Assembly (NCBI RefSeq): GCF_964355755.1
Contig: NC_092674.1
Location: forward strand, 11,966,001-12,030,000
From: Antedon mediterranea
Taxonomy: Eukaryota > Animalia > Echinodermata
Direction: 5' to 3'
DNA: 64,000 nucleotides
Within the stretch, counting starts at the first letter, position 1, and the number at the start of each line of letters is the position of its first letter. A model generated the notes under the pieces. The model did not search any database, was not told the DNA's origin, and worked only from the letters and a program-made list of their open reading frames with translations. Below are positions 13,626-25,843 of this stretch, in pieces. The position numbers and the translations under genes are program-made.

Positions 13626-16543
13626 TATGGCGCAATTAAAATCTAACCTTTGACATGGGGTCAAATGGAAGAAAATCAACGACTGGAAATGAGTCTGTGA
13701 AAAGTTTACAAACATTTGATCATCATGGCACCAACCATGAGTAGCCAACCGATTAAAGATGTGTTGAATAACCTAAAACCCATCTTTTAACACATTTTGA
13801 GAGAGAAAGGGTAAATTATTATTATTAAATGTTAGGCTGACACTAGGCTAGGCCTAGCTAGCCTAGGCCATAAATCAAACCTTTTCTCTCTCAAAATGGT
13901 CAATAAGGTGGGACAATTGCAAGTTCTCTAACACATTAATCATGTCAATAAAATGATTAGTCATATTGAAAAAATAGCCTTCAAATTCATTTAATTCAAC
14001 CAACTAAACACTCTACATGCTGCATCTATATGTTTTGTAAACTTTTCATAGACTCGTTTCCAGCCGTTGATTTTCTTCCATTTAAGGCATACTTTCTGCA
14101 AACGAATTTTATACCGTACCAACCGTGCCGCCAGTTTAGTTTTATTTACGGTGTTACGTCATATTGTGAGGTGGGGAAAAGGGCTGGCGGGAAATACTGG
14201 AATTTGTCAATAAAATTATCGGTTGTGATATTAACTATTAAGAATTAATACATTATTATAAATCATTTCTATTGATTGGACTATGCACCTTTATTTCTTA
14301 AGAATTATCAAGATTGTCATTGGCATGACGTGAAGATGTTACGAAAATTGAAAGACAGAAACCAGATGTTGCCATCGGATCCATCCATTATAATTCATAC
14401 TGGTAGACCAGACCCTGTAGCCTATACTCACTAATATTCAACATTGAAACAAAAAAGGGATTGCACGCAACATTAAAAAAAATGGAACATCTTTATTGTT
14501 GACTGTAAATAATATATTTCTTCATATCTGTTATTTTGTCTTCGTAGTCGTTGAAATACATGGTGAGTTATATCAGACTTAGTTTATAAAAATTTTAAAA
14601 TTTTTATCCATCCTGTATTGTCGATTTACTCGCTATATTGGATGCGTATGAAATTATTTACAGATTTTTTTTGTTATATTATTAAATACGCATTTTCGGT
14701 ACATTTCTTTCATTGATACAACTGGCTTTTAACCTATGACAATTACAAAAACACTACAACATGTAAATATTTTTAATGGAAGATTTATTCAGAACTGCAT
14801 TTACAAACAAACTTGCATTGATGTCTACAATTTATTATTTAAATTGTTGGATTAGCACAATATTGGATATATTTACGATTACATGCACATCTTAAAAAGC
14901 AATACAATTACAAACAATTACTACACCACAGAAAAAAAAACACATATTTATACATTTGTGCACAAAATGTATAGCAAGACACACCAGCAAGGTACGACCA
15001 TGGACCTGACCTTCGACCCGACTCTAGACTTAATTTGCATCGCCTTATTTAATAAAAGAAGAGTAAATTACAGATTTTGATCTCACTCTTTCCTAATGTA
15101 GCCCTCCTGTTTATTGTGTACCGCATTAAAACCCAGGCAGACTTAATAATTAATTTCTAAATAAGTGGTCACTTTGAAATCTACTATCTGTACTAGGCTC
15201 TCAGTAAGAAAGTAAATGTTCAATTAAAATGAATATGAAATGATATTGTATGATTTATTGCAAATAATTTGACGACCATGAAATTATACAATTCAAAAAT
15301 AACTATCTAAATAAAAACTGTTATAAGAAAATAATGGATGGAACCGAAACATATTGCACACCAAAAAAAGAGTAGTATGTATATTCAAAACAATAAGAAA
15401 GAAGAACGATATATTCTATACTATCAACAACCGTTTTACATCGCTATTGTTTTCAGGTTAACGTGCAAATAATATAAAAAAACATAGTGATTTTGTGTCC
15501 TGTAAAGTAATTTTTTCAGGCTAACAATAAAGTGTAATGCTAAGTAGAAACTTATTGCTCAAAAACATGCTATGGTAGCTTCATTTTAGTACGACACAAA
15601 CATATGAAAATAATCAAGAAATAAATTTTTTTTTTAAATTAAATCATATTTCATAAACAAAACATATTTCTGTGGATTACTTTTCACACAATCCCCAAAC
15701 CTTATATCATGTTTGAAAGAAAAAGTCAACGCAAGACCAATAAATGAATCGAAAAAGCGATGACATCTAATTTTAGCATACTTAGCAACAATAATAACAA
15801 ACTGTTTACAATATAGCACAGAAAAAGCAGACTCAGTGAGGTGTACCAAAATTTAAGTACTGTAAATATGAAGGAAGTGTACAAATTGTTTAAAAAAAAA
15901 GTCTTCAGATAAAGACTTTAAAGTAGCACACTGTTCGATTGAAATTAGTATGTAGTTAATATTTAATGAAAGTCAAAATGTCCATTTAGTTAAATTTCAT
16001 GATGTTCTAGGTCTCCAATGACCTATGGACCCTGTACAGTATTGTGTCATCAGTCGATTTACAAAAAGAACCATATAGTAGCCTATCCTCAAATAACAAT
16101 CCCAAAATTCTGGAAACTTCACTGGAGATAGAAGATTTATAACCTAACAGTTGCTTGCTTCACTAGCTTATGATATTTATTTAATAATAACATTCAATGA
16201 ACTATGGATAATGCATTTTTCAATGAAACAGTAAGTACAAAGATAATATTTAAATTAATTTTCCAAATTAAGTATTGAGTGACTGTTAATTAAGTTTCAG
16301 ATGGCAAGAACATTTATTGTGTATCTAAAATATATTATTAATTCACAGAAGCTGCAGCTACTAGTACTAATTTGCTAATTGTATAAGCTATACTCCTGCT
16401 AGACTGTAAATACATTGTTTAACCTTTAATCAATAACAAATTAAGCAAAATAATCTGAAGTTCAGAAATTTAAATAACAATATAATTACCTCGATAGTAT
16501 AGTACCATGCAATACATGCAAAAATAATATGGTAATATTAAAA

Positions 16544-19500
16544 TTAAGGCTTAGCCTTAAAATAATCGTTGACGTCAATCGTAATACCCCCACCGAAAAA
16601 GTCAATCATCCATATATCTGTCAATTTTGTTTTTAAGAAAACAAAATTATGGTCTACTGGCCACGTCGCCATGTTTGGGTGACGGGAGAACATCGCTTTC
16701 TTGATAAATTCCAGTTCAGCAGGATCAGATACTTGTATCACATTTCCTATAATAAAAAGAAAATGTAAATCCTTAAAAAATAGCTTTGACAATATATATT
16801 AAAATAAATGTTATGGCTGAGTCACATGATTTTTTTTTCGCAGTGCTTCTTCATCTTCCACAAGTAAGTTTCGCATTTTGTGTAAAACTGGAGAGTAAAA
16901 AATAAACAGAAGATAAATGAAAATATCATCAGAGCTTCATTTTTTACTATAAGTATAAACCTCAGTACTATGATGAACTTGTTTTGATGCAGCGTCTAAT
17001 GGCCATTTAGATACACCAGTTATGTAACACCCCCACAGTCACGCAAAACTGTGTCTGTGTTAAGTGAATCAACCAAGAAGGTATTCTTCTACCAACGATT
17101 CTAGTCATGCAAAAATTTACATTCTCCAAGAAATGATTGATGTCAACACCATTATGGTATAGAAACAACACTGTGCAAAAATATATGTTCCGATATTTTG
17201 AAAATATATACGGCAGCCATGTTGATAATAAATTAGTTCACTGTTCGATAATTAACTCTCAATGAAGACTTTCCAAATAATGTGGTGGGAGTCTCCTAAT
17301 ATTCAGAGTCATCTCCTGATAAAATGCAATTTCTTTCAGATATTCTGGATAAACAAAAAATATCCCAATATCTAATTTCTATTATTCTAGATAAAGAAAA
17401 AAAAAAAGAAAATATGCTGAATATTGGTTGTTAAATAAGTGAAATAATGAGTTGTCATCGTAACTTCTACCGTTGGCACGTCTCACATTGCCATGGTTAC
17501 AATTATAAATACCTGCAATGGTCTAAAGCTCTGGCTGCACTCTCAAACTTTATGTGATAAAAAAATGTGATGTGCTCATATACTGTATGGACATGTGATA
17601 TATCATCACTACCATTATTTGGGCACATCAACCTTTTTTTGTCAAACTAGTTTGATAGTGTAGACAGAGCTTAAAGTGTGAACTTACCAAACATGACAAG
17701 TCTGGAACATAAAGGACTTTCAGGGTCGCTGTTCTTTGTCAAATGACAGTCATCAATGTTGAACTCTGCTTCGCTAAAAGCAAGTGTTATTTGGCTGTTT
17801 TTGGCGATATCTTTCATACTAATATCAAGCATAGATGCATACATATAAGGCACTCCAGTACTGTTATCTACCGGACCATCACAGATTGAATTCGGGTTTA
17901 GGAAGGGACGTCCTTGATATGCCGGATGTGTTGATGTTGTTCCAAGCATTGCCCAGTCAGCCTGTAAACAAATAATTTATCATACACTGAAACCTGTTTT
18001 TTTTATACAGAACAAAATCAATTCTTGTATTGTCAAGGCCTAAAAACGTGTTATATTTGTATTTAAGTACCGTAAATACAGGTAAGCACTGCGTCAAAAA
18101 AACTGGGCTAAAGCAGTAAAGGTTTTTTTTTAAACACTAACAGATTTAATTTTTAATGAAAAAAGACTGTTACTTCTAGGTAAATACTGTTTGATCAAAA
18201 GTAAATTAATTAAATAAAATAATGATTACCTTATGCACGATATATCTAGCTCTTTCTGCATAATGTGTATATGGAGGACGGACATCAGTTACCTACATAA
18301 AAAAACAAAAAGTAAGGTTTAACAAGAAATATTTCTTACAAAAAACGTCGCTCGCATGTTTACATTACATAACAGTTTTTTGGTGAACCAATATTATTAA
18401 AAAATATTTCATTGCATCATTGTCCCTAGCCTAGAGGATTAGTTTCTCTGTAAAGAAAGTTTTGGAAAAAAGGATTTTTTATGCTTATAAAATGCATATC
18501 AAAGCCGATAAATAAGTGGGCCGAAGTGGGCTACAGTTTTGCACCACACCACACCAAACTGATTTTTGAGTCAAGAAACATAGTTTTGTATTGTATTTTT
18601 TGCTATACAATTTAGAAATGTGTAGCAATATTGTTGTTTTGTATAGCTTTTTGCTATGCTACACTGGCGAAATTATTCCCTGCACTGATCTTCGATTTCT
18701 TACTTAAATTTTCCTTGTTTACACTCACAACATAATATTATGTAACAACCAACATGTCTATACAATTCAACCAAGAAAAACGATACTGAACTCACTGCGA
18801 AACGTTTACCATCTTAAATTAACAATTAATTGCCAGATTATGCTTCATTTTCCACCAAAAATGTAGAAACTATAATGGCAGTGTTATAAAATCTGATTAC
18901 ACTACATTTAGACACAACAATATATTTATTTTTAGTTTTGAAAGGCACTTTTTTTTTATTTACAGACTATTGGGACCATGGACGATAGGGCTTTTTTTAA
19001 AGACGATCATGTACCAACGCGTGCAGGCGGTAGGGCCCAACTTTGTGGACGTTCGGGCCCAACTTTGTGGACTTTAGGGGTCAACTGTGTGCACGTTCGG
19101 GCCCAATATAATTCGATGATTGGGCCCATTATAAAAATAAAGGGAAGACGATCGGGTCCACGAAAACAAACTGGATTTATAATTGTTCACCATAAAATAT
19201 TACTACGGTATATATTATGATTACTCTATTTATTTTAAGGGTAAATTTGTTTTTTCTATACCAAACACAATAAAATAAAAAAACAAATAAATCATTAGTC
19301 TAAAAAAGGGATACAATTTCAATTTCTCTCTCTGTCAAACAATTGCAACAGGTAGTAGACACAGCACAGTGGGCAGTCCACAGTATTTGGTCCGTGGGTT
19401 GAAAAATTTCATTTACAGATTTTGATGTAACTCTCGGCCATTTCTGAATGTAGACATGTTGAAATTTATTAAATAACATTTATTTTATTTTTCTGTTATT

Positions 19501-21932
19501 TATTTTTTAATTTATTGAATATTAAATTTTAAAATCTCTGTTAAATGAGGAGAAGTATGACAATGCTTAGTCATGTCCATTTGCCGTTCATTTACAGATT
19601 TTGGTGTAACTCTTGGCTATTTCTGAATGTAGACATGTTGAAATTTATTAAATAAGATTTTTTTTAATTTTTCTGTTATTTATTTTTTAATTTATTGAAT
19701 ATTAAATATGAAAATACTATATTTGACGTTACAGACGGGACATTTGAATATCCTATTTATTTCATAAACTATGCATCTTATTACTGTTTTATCAACAGAA
19801 AAGTTACTTTATGTCTTAATAATACATAATCAAGTATTTAATTAAAATTTTGTTGTTTATTAATTTCATGCATTTCAAATTCATAAATGTCCCGTCTGCG
19901 ACATTTTAGATAGTTTTTTTACATTTATTTTAAAAGTAATTATGCAAAAATCTTGATATATTACATTTTCCCCTCCTGAGGACTATATCTCATTAGATTA
20001 TGAACAAATTTTTTGAAAATTTTATATTTTGATGAAAATATCATATTTAAAAAATATATTGTTACGGAATTCATAATTGTCCAGTCGGCAAAATTTTAAT
20101 AGGAGTTTTGGGGTGTTTTTTACATTACAGTTAAAAGTATTGACACCACAATTTAATATTTTGTTTTCTACTTTTAAGAACTATAATGCAATACATTATA
20201 AACAAATATTTTGAAACTTTTTGTAAAAATATCATATTTCCAAAAATTTATTAATGACATAGGCCTGTAGTCATACAAACGAGACAGAATTTTTTTTCAC
20301 GGATGGGACATATCAATTAAATCCTTTTTATTCATAAACCATGCACCTTGTTAAAATGTTTCCACTTAAATATACTGTAGTTTTTATTTCAGTGTCCCGT
20401 CCGCGACGTTTACAAATGTCCCGTCCGTAACGACATAATAAATCATATTAATAAATTTGCAGTTAAAATGTTATAATTAACATTCAGTCATCTAAAACAA
20501 TTATCTGGCAACATAATAATACAAAACAAATGTTAAAATCTCTTTTAAATGAGGAGACGACAATGCGTAAAAGTCATGTCCATTTGCCGTCCAGTCCGCG
20601 ACGCATTCAATTTTCATAATAATTGTTTTTTCTTTTTTTGACTTTCATAATTAACATTCGCCATATATGTATACATTTATTATACTTTGAATCTTGTATT
20701 CTTTTTTATTTCTAAGTTATGTCTAGTTACATTCTCAAAAATGTCCCGTCCGTGACAAAAAAATACTGTACTGTGGAATGCCCCTTAAACACAGTTACCA
20801 TTATGACAAAATGTTTTTTTTTTCATATCTTTTTTAATCACACGTAATGGCTATCATTAATATTATAAATATAAACATTGTTTGCCAGGAACTCAATTAT
20901 AAACTATGGAACGGATACATACGATACACTTGGCTATCGGGCCCAATGTTTAAAACCATCGGGCCCAACGATTAAGACTATCGGGCCCAACGCCTAAGAC
21001 AATCGGGCCAAACGTATAAGACGATCGGGTACATACAAAATTGGGTCGATCGTCTCTATGATGGCCCCGATCAACCTTGGCCCTGACTGATTGTATGTTC
21101 ACCTTTTCTTCAGTTGGCGTTAATAGAGGTTAAATTAATATTTCATTTTCATTATTATTATTCAGTTAGGTTATTACTGTATTTGACGCATCTTTATCGT
21201 CAAAAAGTTACCACACTGTTGTAAAAGTGAAGAGTTTCCAATAAATTATTATTTGTAGTATTCGATTGGGAACTTTCGTTGTCAACGTAAAGATTCGTTG
21301 AGTACTTTTTATATTCGAATTGTAAATTTGTGCTCAACAGAAAGTCATTCGAATAGAAAACGTTGACAACAAAAGCTTTTTCGTTAAGAACAATCTTAAC
21401 GCTCAAAATAATCCTTTAAAGAAGTACTCAACGGAAAAACTGTACTCAACGGTGGAAGTCTAAATCGAATACGACAATTAATATATATAGGCCTAGGGCC
21501 TACAGTATTTATATATTCATATTGTTATCATTTTTATTATGAATTTTGATGTGTGGATTTTCAACTCACGCCAATGCAAGGGCTCTAGGCATTAGTAGAC
21601 CTAGCTAGGCCTAGGCTAGCCGAAGTAATTTTTTAGGCCTAACTAGGCCTACTGTCAGGCTAGCCTAGTTACCTTATTATTTAGTTAGTAGCTCCCCTCC
21701 TTACTTAACCTAGCCTAGGCCCTACCTAGCTAGATAGTAGGCCTAGGCCCTAGCTAGGCTAGGCCAAGTTAGTTAGTAGGGCCTAGCCTAGGCAGGGCCT
21801 AGAGGCTAGACCTATTCCCTAGCTAGGCTAGGCTAGCCTACTTTTTTATTTACTTACCTCTGTTGCAAATCTTGGCGTTATAAAAACAAAAAACAAAATT
21901 ACAATAGCACAACACTGTAAGCCGTAACTCAT
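16544..21932 (-). CDS. CREG1: CREG-family secreted/lysosomal glycoprotein, 4 exons, ~204 aa
   Basis: Exons 21858-21932 (signal peptide MSYGLQCCAIVILFFVF...), 18230-18292 (RPPYTHYAERARYIVHK), 17688-17961 (ADWAMLGTTS...SICDGPVDNSTGVPY...DPESPLCSRL), 16544-16746 (AMFSRHPNMATWPVDHNF...IWMIDFFGG). Phases consistent. Confidence 0.92.
17527..17671. mobile_element. Harbinger/Tourist-like MITE in CREG intron 3
   Basis: TAA duplication at 17524-17526 and 17672-17674, AGCTCTG...CAGAGCT termini. Confidence 0.75.
19371..20784. mobile_element. Non-autonomous DNA transposon with TIR GGGCA(G/T)TCCACAGTA, inside a GGGCCCAA-repeat element (~18963-21095)
   Basis: TIR-like ends, internal TGTCCCGTCCG repeats in both orientations, internal duplication ~19410-19710. 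TTAA on the right flank only. Confidence 0.5.
21251..21479. mobile_element. MITE, copy 2 of 3920-4140
   Basis: Reverse-complement near-identity to 3920-4140. Confidence 0.75.
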
Positions 21933-22449
21933 CCTTTTTTCTATTAACTACAACTTTATTTCGTCAAAACATAAACGTCACCAAACTAGGCTAGGCTGCC
22001 TCCTCTATTCTTCTTCACACAACACAAACGCACAGCTAGCAGCAGCGGGAATCGATCTGCTTCTTTGTTGCGTGCCAGCGTTGCCAGCGATAAAATTTAA
22101 ATTATGCCGTATCCTGTTTCAAATAATGCCAGATTGGGAAAAATAATGCCAGATCCCCAAAATTTGGCCCTAAACAGCGCCACCAACGGTTGTATGTCTA
22201 ATAAACGTTTGTAAAACCCCAACTGACACAAAATAGGGCCTAAATTGTATCCCTATGTCGTTCAAAAATTGTATTTTTAGTTTTGTGAGTAATAACTAAT
22301 AATTCTAAAAATATCTGGGGTGCGAAAATGGTAATTGCAAATGAAACAAACACCAACCCACGAACCCTTCTCCCCCCACCCCCAAAAAACCTGTTACAGC
22401 CATGGAAATTTAGAATTTTTGAGCTGAAATATGAGAGCTGCTCGATCTT

Positions 22450-23225
22450 TGCACTTAATTTCAAATATGAAAGGATCTTAGCCCACCATAATTAGAAAAT
22501 GGCAATTATAATTTAAAATAGGAAATAAAAATATATATTAAGTGTCTCCAGGACCTCAGCCCCACCATGGTTGATAAGAGAATTTTTTAAAATGCTGATT
22601 TAAATGCCACTTAATTTAAAATATGAAATAAAAATATATTTATTAGTGTCTCCAGGATCTTAGCCCACCATAGTTCAAAAATGGCAATTATAATTGAAAA
22701 TAGGAAATCAAAATACTGTATATATTAAGTGTCTCCAGGACCTCAGCCCCACCATGGTTGGGACTGGAGGTACAAAAATTTGGAAAAATAGAGCTGCTCA
22801 ATGGCCGGAAATGGCACTTAATTTCAGATATGAAATAAAAATATATTTAATAGTACCTCCAGGATCTTAGCCCACCATAGTTCGAAAATGGCAATTATAA
22901 TTTAAAATAGGAAATAAAAATATATATTAAGTGTCTCCATGACCTCAGCCCCACCATGGTTGGGACTGGAGGTACAAAAATTTGGAAAAATAGAGCTGCT
23001 CAATGGGCGGAAATGGCACTTAATTTCAAATATGAAATAAAAATATATTTAGTAGTACCTCCAGGATCTTAGCCCATCATAGTTTTGAAAATGGCAATTA
23101 TAATTTAAAATAGGAAATAAAAATATATATTAAGTGTCTCCATGACCTCAGCCCCACCATGGTTGGTGGGGGTGAGGTAAAAAAAATGGAAAAATAGAGC
23201 TGCTCGATGGGCGGAAATGGCACTT
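22450..23225. repeat. ~200-bp tandem repeat, about 4 units
   Basis: GGATCTTAGCCCA at 22473, 22655, 22862, 23064. Confidence 0.85.
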
Positions 23226-23227
23226 AA

Positions 23228-25117
23228 AGATGTATTGTCCCTTGAAACACAAAAAAATGAAGGTCAAAATATTCTAAATTTAAAGTGGCCATATCAAAGT
23301 AATATTAAAGTTATTCACTTTAAGTCGAAAATTTGAGCCAAAAACAACAAGTTTACGTAATTAACAGGTAAATTAGTTTGATTACATTTCATCTGGAAAA
23401 TCGTCACGAGCGAAAGTAAACAAAGATTTCAAACCATGAGTACGCATTATGCATATGCTAAATTAGGATTGTTTACAACTCGTCACGGTTAAGAAGGTAT
23501 TTTCACACAGATCATGAGGAAGTTTTATGATTATGCATACAGAGTAGCCAAACAAGCGCGTTTCATTATGGGATATGTTTTGATTGAAAACTTTGACTGG
23601 AATTCAAAGTTATTTTTTAAACAAAAAAACGTACGAAAGCCCATTAATGCCATTTTAAGTATATGTTTTTTGAACGTAATCCGTTCTAACGAATTAGTAA
23701 TTCGTTTGAACGGATTTATAATCTGTTCAAACGAATTAGTAATCCGTTCAAACGAATTGCAACATATACAACAAGTGCCATTTAAAGTATATGTTGTAAT
23801 TCGTTTAAACGGATTACTAATCCGTTCAAACGAATTACTAATTTGTTTAAACGGATTACTAATTTGTTCAAACGAATTACTAATTCGTTCAAACGAATTA
23901 CTAATTTGTTTAAACGGATTACTAATTTGTTTAAACGAATTAATAATTTGTTTTCGTTCAAACGAATTAGTAATCCGTTTAAACAAATTAATAATTTGTT
24001 TAAACAAATTAATAATTTGTTTAAACGGATTACTAATTCGTTTAAACGAATTAGTAATTCGTTTAAACAGATTAGTAATCCGTTTAAACAAATTACTAAT
24101 CCGTTTGGACGGATTCCTAATTCGTTTGAACAGATTATTAATCTGTTTAAACAAATTATTAATTCGTTTGAACGGATTAGTAATCTGTTCAAACGAATTA
24201 GTAATCCGTTCAAACCAATTGCAACATATACAACAAGTGCCATTTAAAGAATATGTTGTAATTCGTTTGAACGGATTACTAATCTGTTCAAACGAATTAC
24301 TAATTTGTTTAAACAGATTAATAATCTGTTAAAACGAATTAGGAATCCGTTCAAACGGATTAGTAATTTTTTTAAACGGATTACTAATTTGTTCAAACGA
24401 ATTACTAATTCGTTCTAATCTGTTTGAACAAATTAGTAATTCGTTCTAACGAATTAGTAATCCGTTTGAACAAATTATTAATTTGTTTAAACAAATTAAT
24501 AATTTGTTTAAACGGATTACTAATTCGTTCAAACGAATTGCTAATTTGTTCAAACAGATTAGTAATCCGTTTAAACAAATTATTAATTTGTTTAAACAAA
24601 TTATTAATTCGTTTAAACGGATTACTTATTCGTTTGAACGAATTAGTAATTCGTTTGAACGGATTACTAATCCGTTTAAACAAATTAGTAATTCGTTTGA
24701 ACGAATTAGTAATCCGTTTAAACAAATTAGTAATTCGTTTGAACGGATTAGTAATCCGTTTGAACAAATTAGTAATCCGTTTAAACAAATTAGTAATTTG
24801 TTTGAACGGATTAGTAATCCGTTCAAACGAATTACAACATATACTTTAAATGGCACTTGTTGTATATGTTGCAATTCGTTTGAACGGATTACTAATTCGT
24901 TTGAACAGATTATTAATTCGTTAGAACGGATTACGTTCGAAAAAGCATATACTTAAAATGGCATTAATGGGCTTTCTGTATTTCAGTTAAAATTTTTTTT
25001 TTCCGAAAAATTTTTGGTGATAGTTAATAACTATTATGATACTTCAAAATGACCCACCTTTTTTCGAAATCTATTATTTTTTATTTTTTTGGAATTAATC
25101 AAAGGGACAATACATCT
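23228..25117. mobile_element. Kolobok-like element, copy 2, interrupted by a foldback element
   Basis: 16-bp TIR AGATGTATTGTCCCTT / AAGGGACAATACATCT, TTAA flanks at 23224-23227 and 25118-25121. Confidence 0.82.
23632..24980. mobile_element. Foldback/MITE with long TIRs and an internal 21-bp minisatellite in both orientations
   Basis: TIR GAAAGCCCATTAATGCCATTTTAAGTATATG.... Unit ~TTAGTAATCCGTTCAAACGAA. Absent from the sister Kolobok-like copy at 7328-7865. Confidence 0.85.
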
Positions 25118-25835
25118 TTAATATTAAATAAAAATTACCTCGCCCACATGGTCACTACTGGGGCTGAGAGGTGAAGAACATTTGGAAAAATAGGGTTGCT
25201 ACGACGATGCAAATGGAACATAATTTGAAATATGGAAAGCAAATTCTTTTTAAAATTAGAGCTTCTAATTAGTTACTAGAAATTGCCATTTCAAGGGTTG
25301 GGGTAGAGGTGCGGCCACTTATAATTATGAACTGAAACATCAAAACCCCTTTCATAATGTTTTCGTTCAATTGTCTCTATATCTGGGGATCCAATAACCT
25401 GCATGGTCTCTGAAATAGAGCAACATAATTGGCCAATAGCTCAGCCTCTTCAGATTTGTTGTGCTGCCTATATCGCACACACGGTAGTTTTCGAGCAGTC
25501 TTCCTATCCGAAGAGTCTATTTAAGTCCGAAACAAAAGGATGGAAGAACTATTGTACGGAAAACCCGAACAGATCTGTTTTGTACAATATGATTTTGTGT
25601 AAGGTGATATGTATTAAATTGCAAGATTAAACAAAATATTTTATTTTTGTTCTGTGGTATATTATTTTTTTGGTTGTTCAAAAAACACAAAATTATGCCA
25701 GATTATGCTAAAAACGGCTACATAATGCCGCGGCATTATGCCAGATGCCGTGGGCCTCTAAATAATGCCAAAAAGCATAATAATGCCAGAAATGGCAACT
25801 ATGTTGCGTGCGGTGTTTTGTTTTCGTTGTGTTCT

Positions 25836-25843
25836 GTCACGTG
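25836..25843. promoter_or_regulatory. CLEAR-like E-box GTCACGTG (candidate MiT/TFE site for CREG)
   Basis: Lies 25 bp beyond the hAT target duplication. It would be ~170 bp upstream of the CREG ATG in the empty allele. Confidence 0.4.

Larger units (their letters stand above)
22076..25803. mobile_element. hAT-type non-autonomous element with nested insertions, just upstream of CREG
   Basis: Imperfect TIR CAGCGTTGCCA / TGGCAACTATG. Perfect 8-bp target duplication TTGCGTGC at 22068-22075 and 25804-25811. Subterminal (A/T)ATGCC repeats at both ends. Confidence 0.8.

Noticed and set aside
21103-21215. Candidate extra CREG exon
   Set aside because: Splice-like signals are present but all frames contain stops.
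23514-24956. Leucine-rich-repeat or coiled-coil-like ORFs up to 272 aa
   Set aside because: Produced by a 21-bp minisatellite inside a nested transposon and open on both strands.
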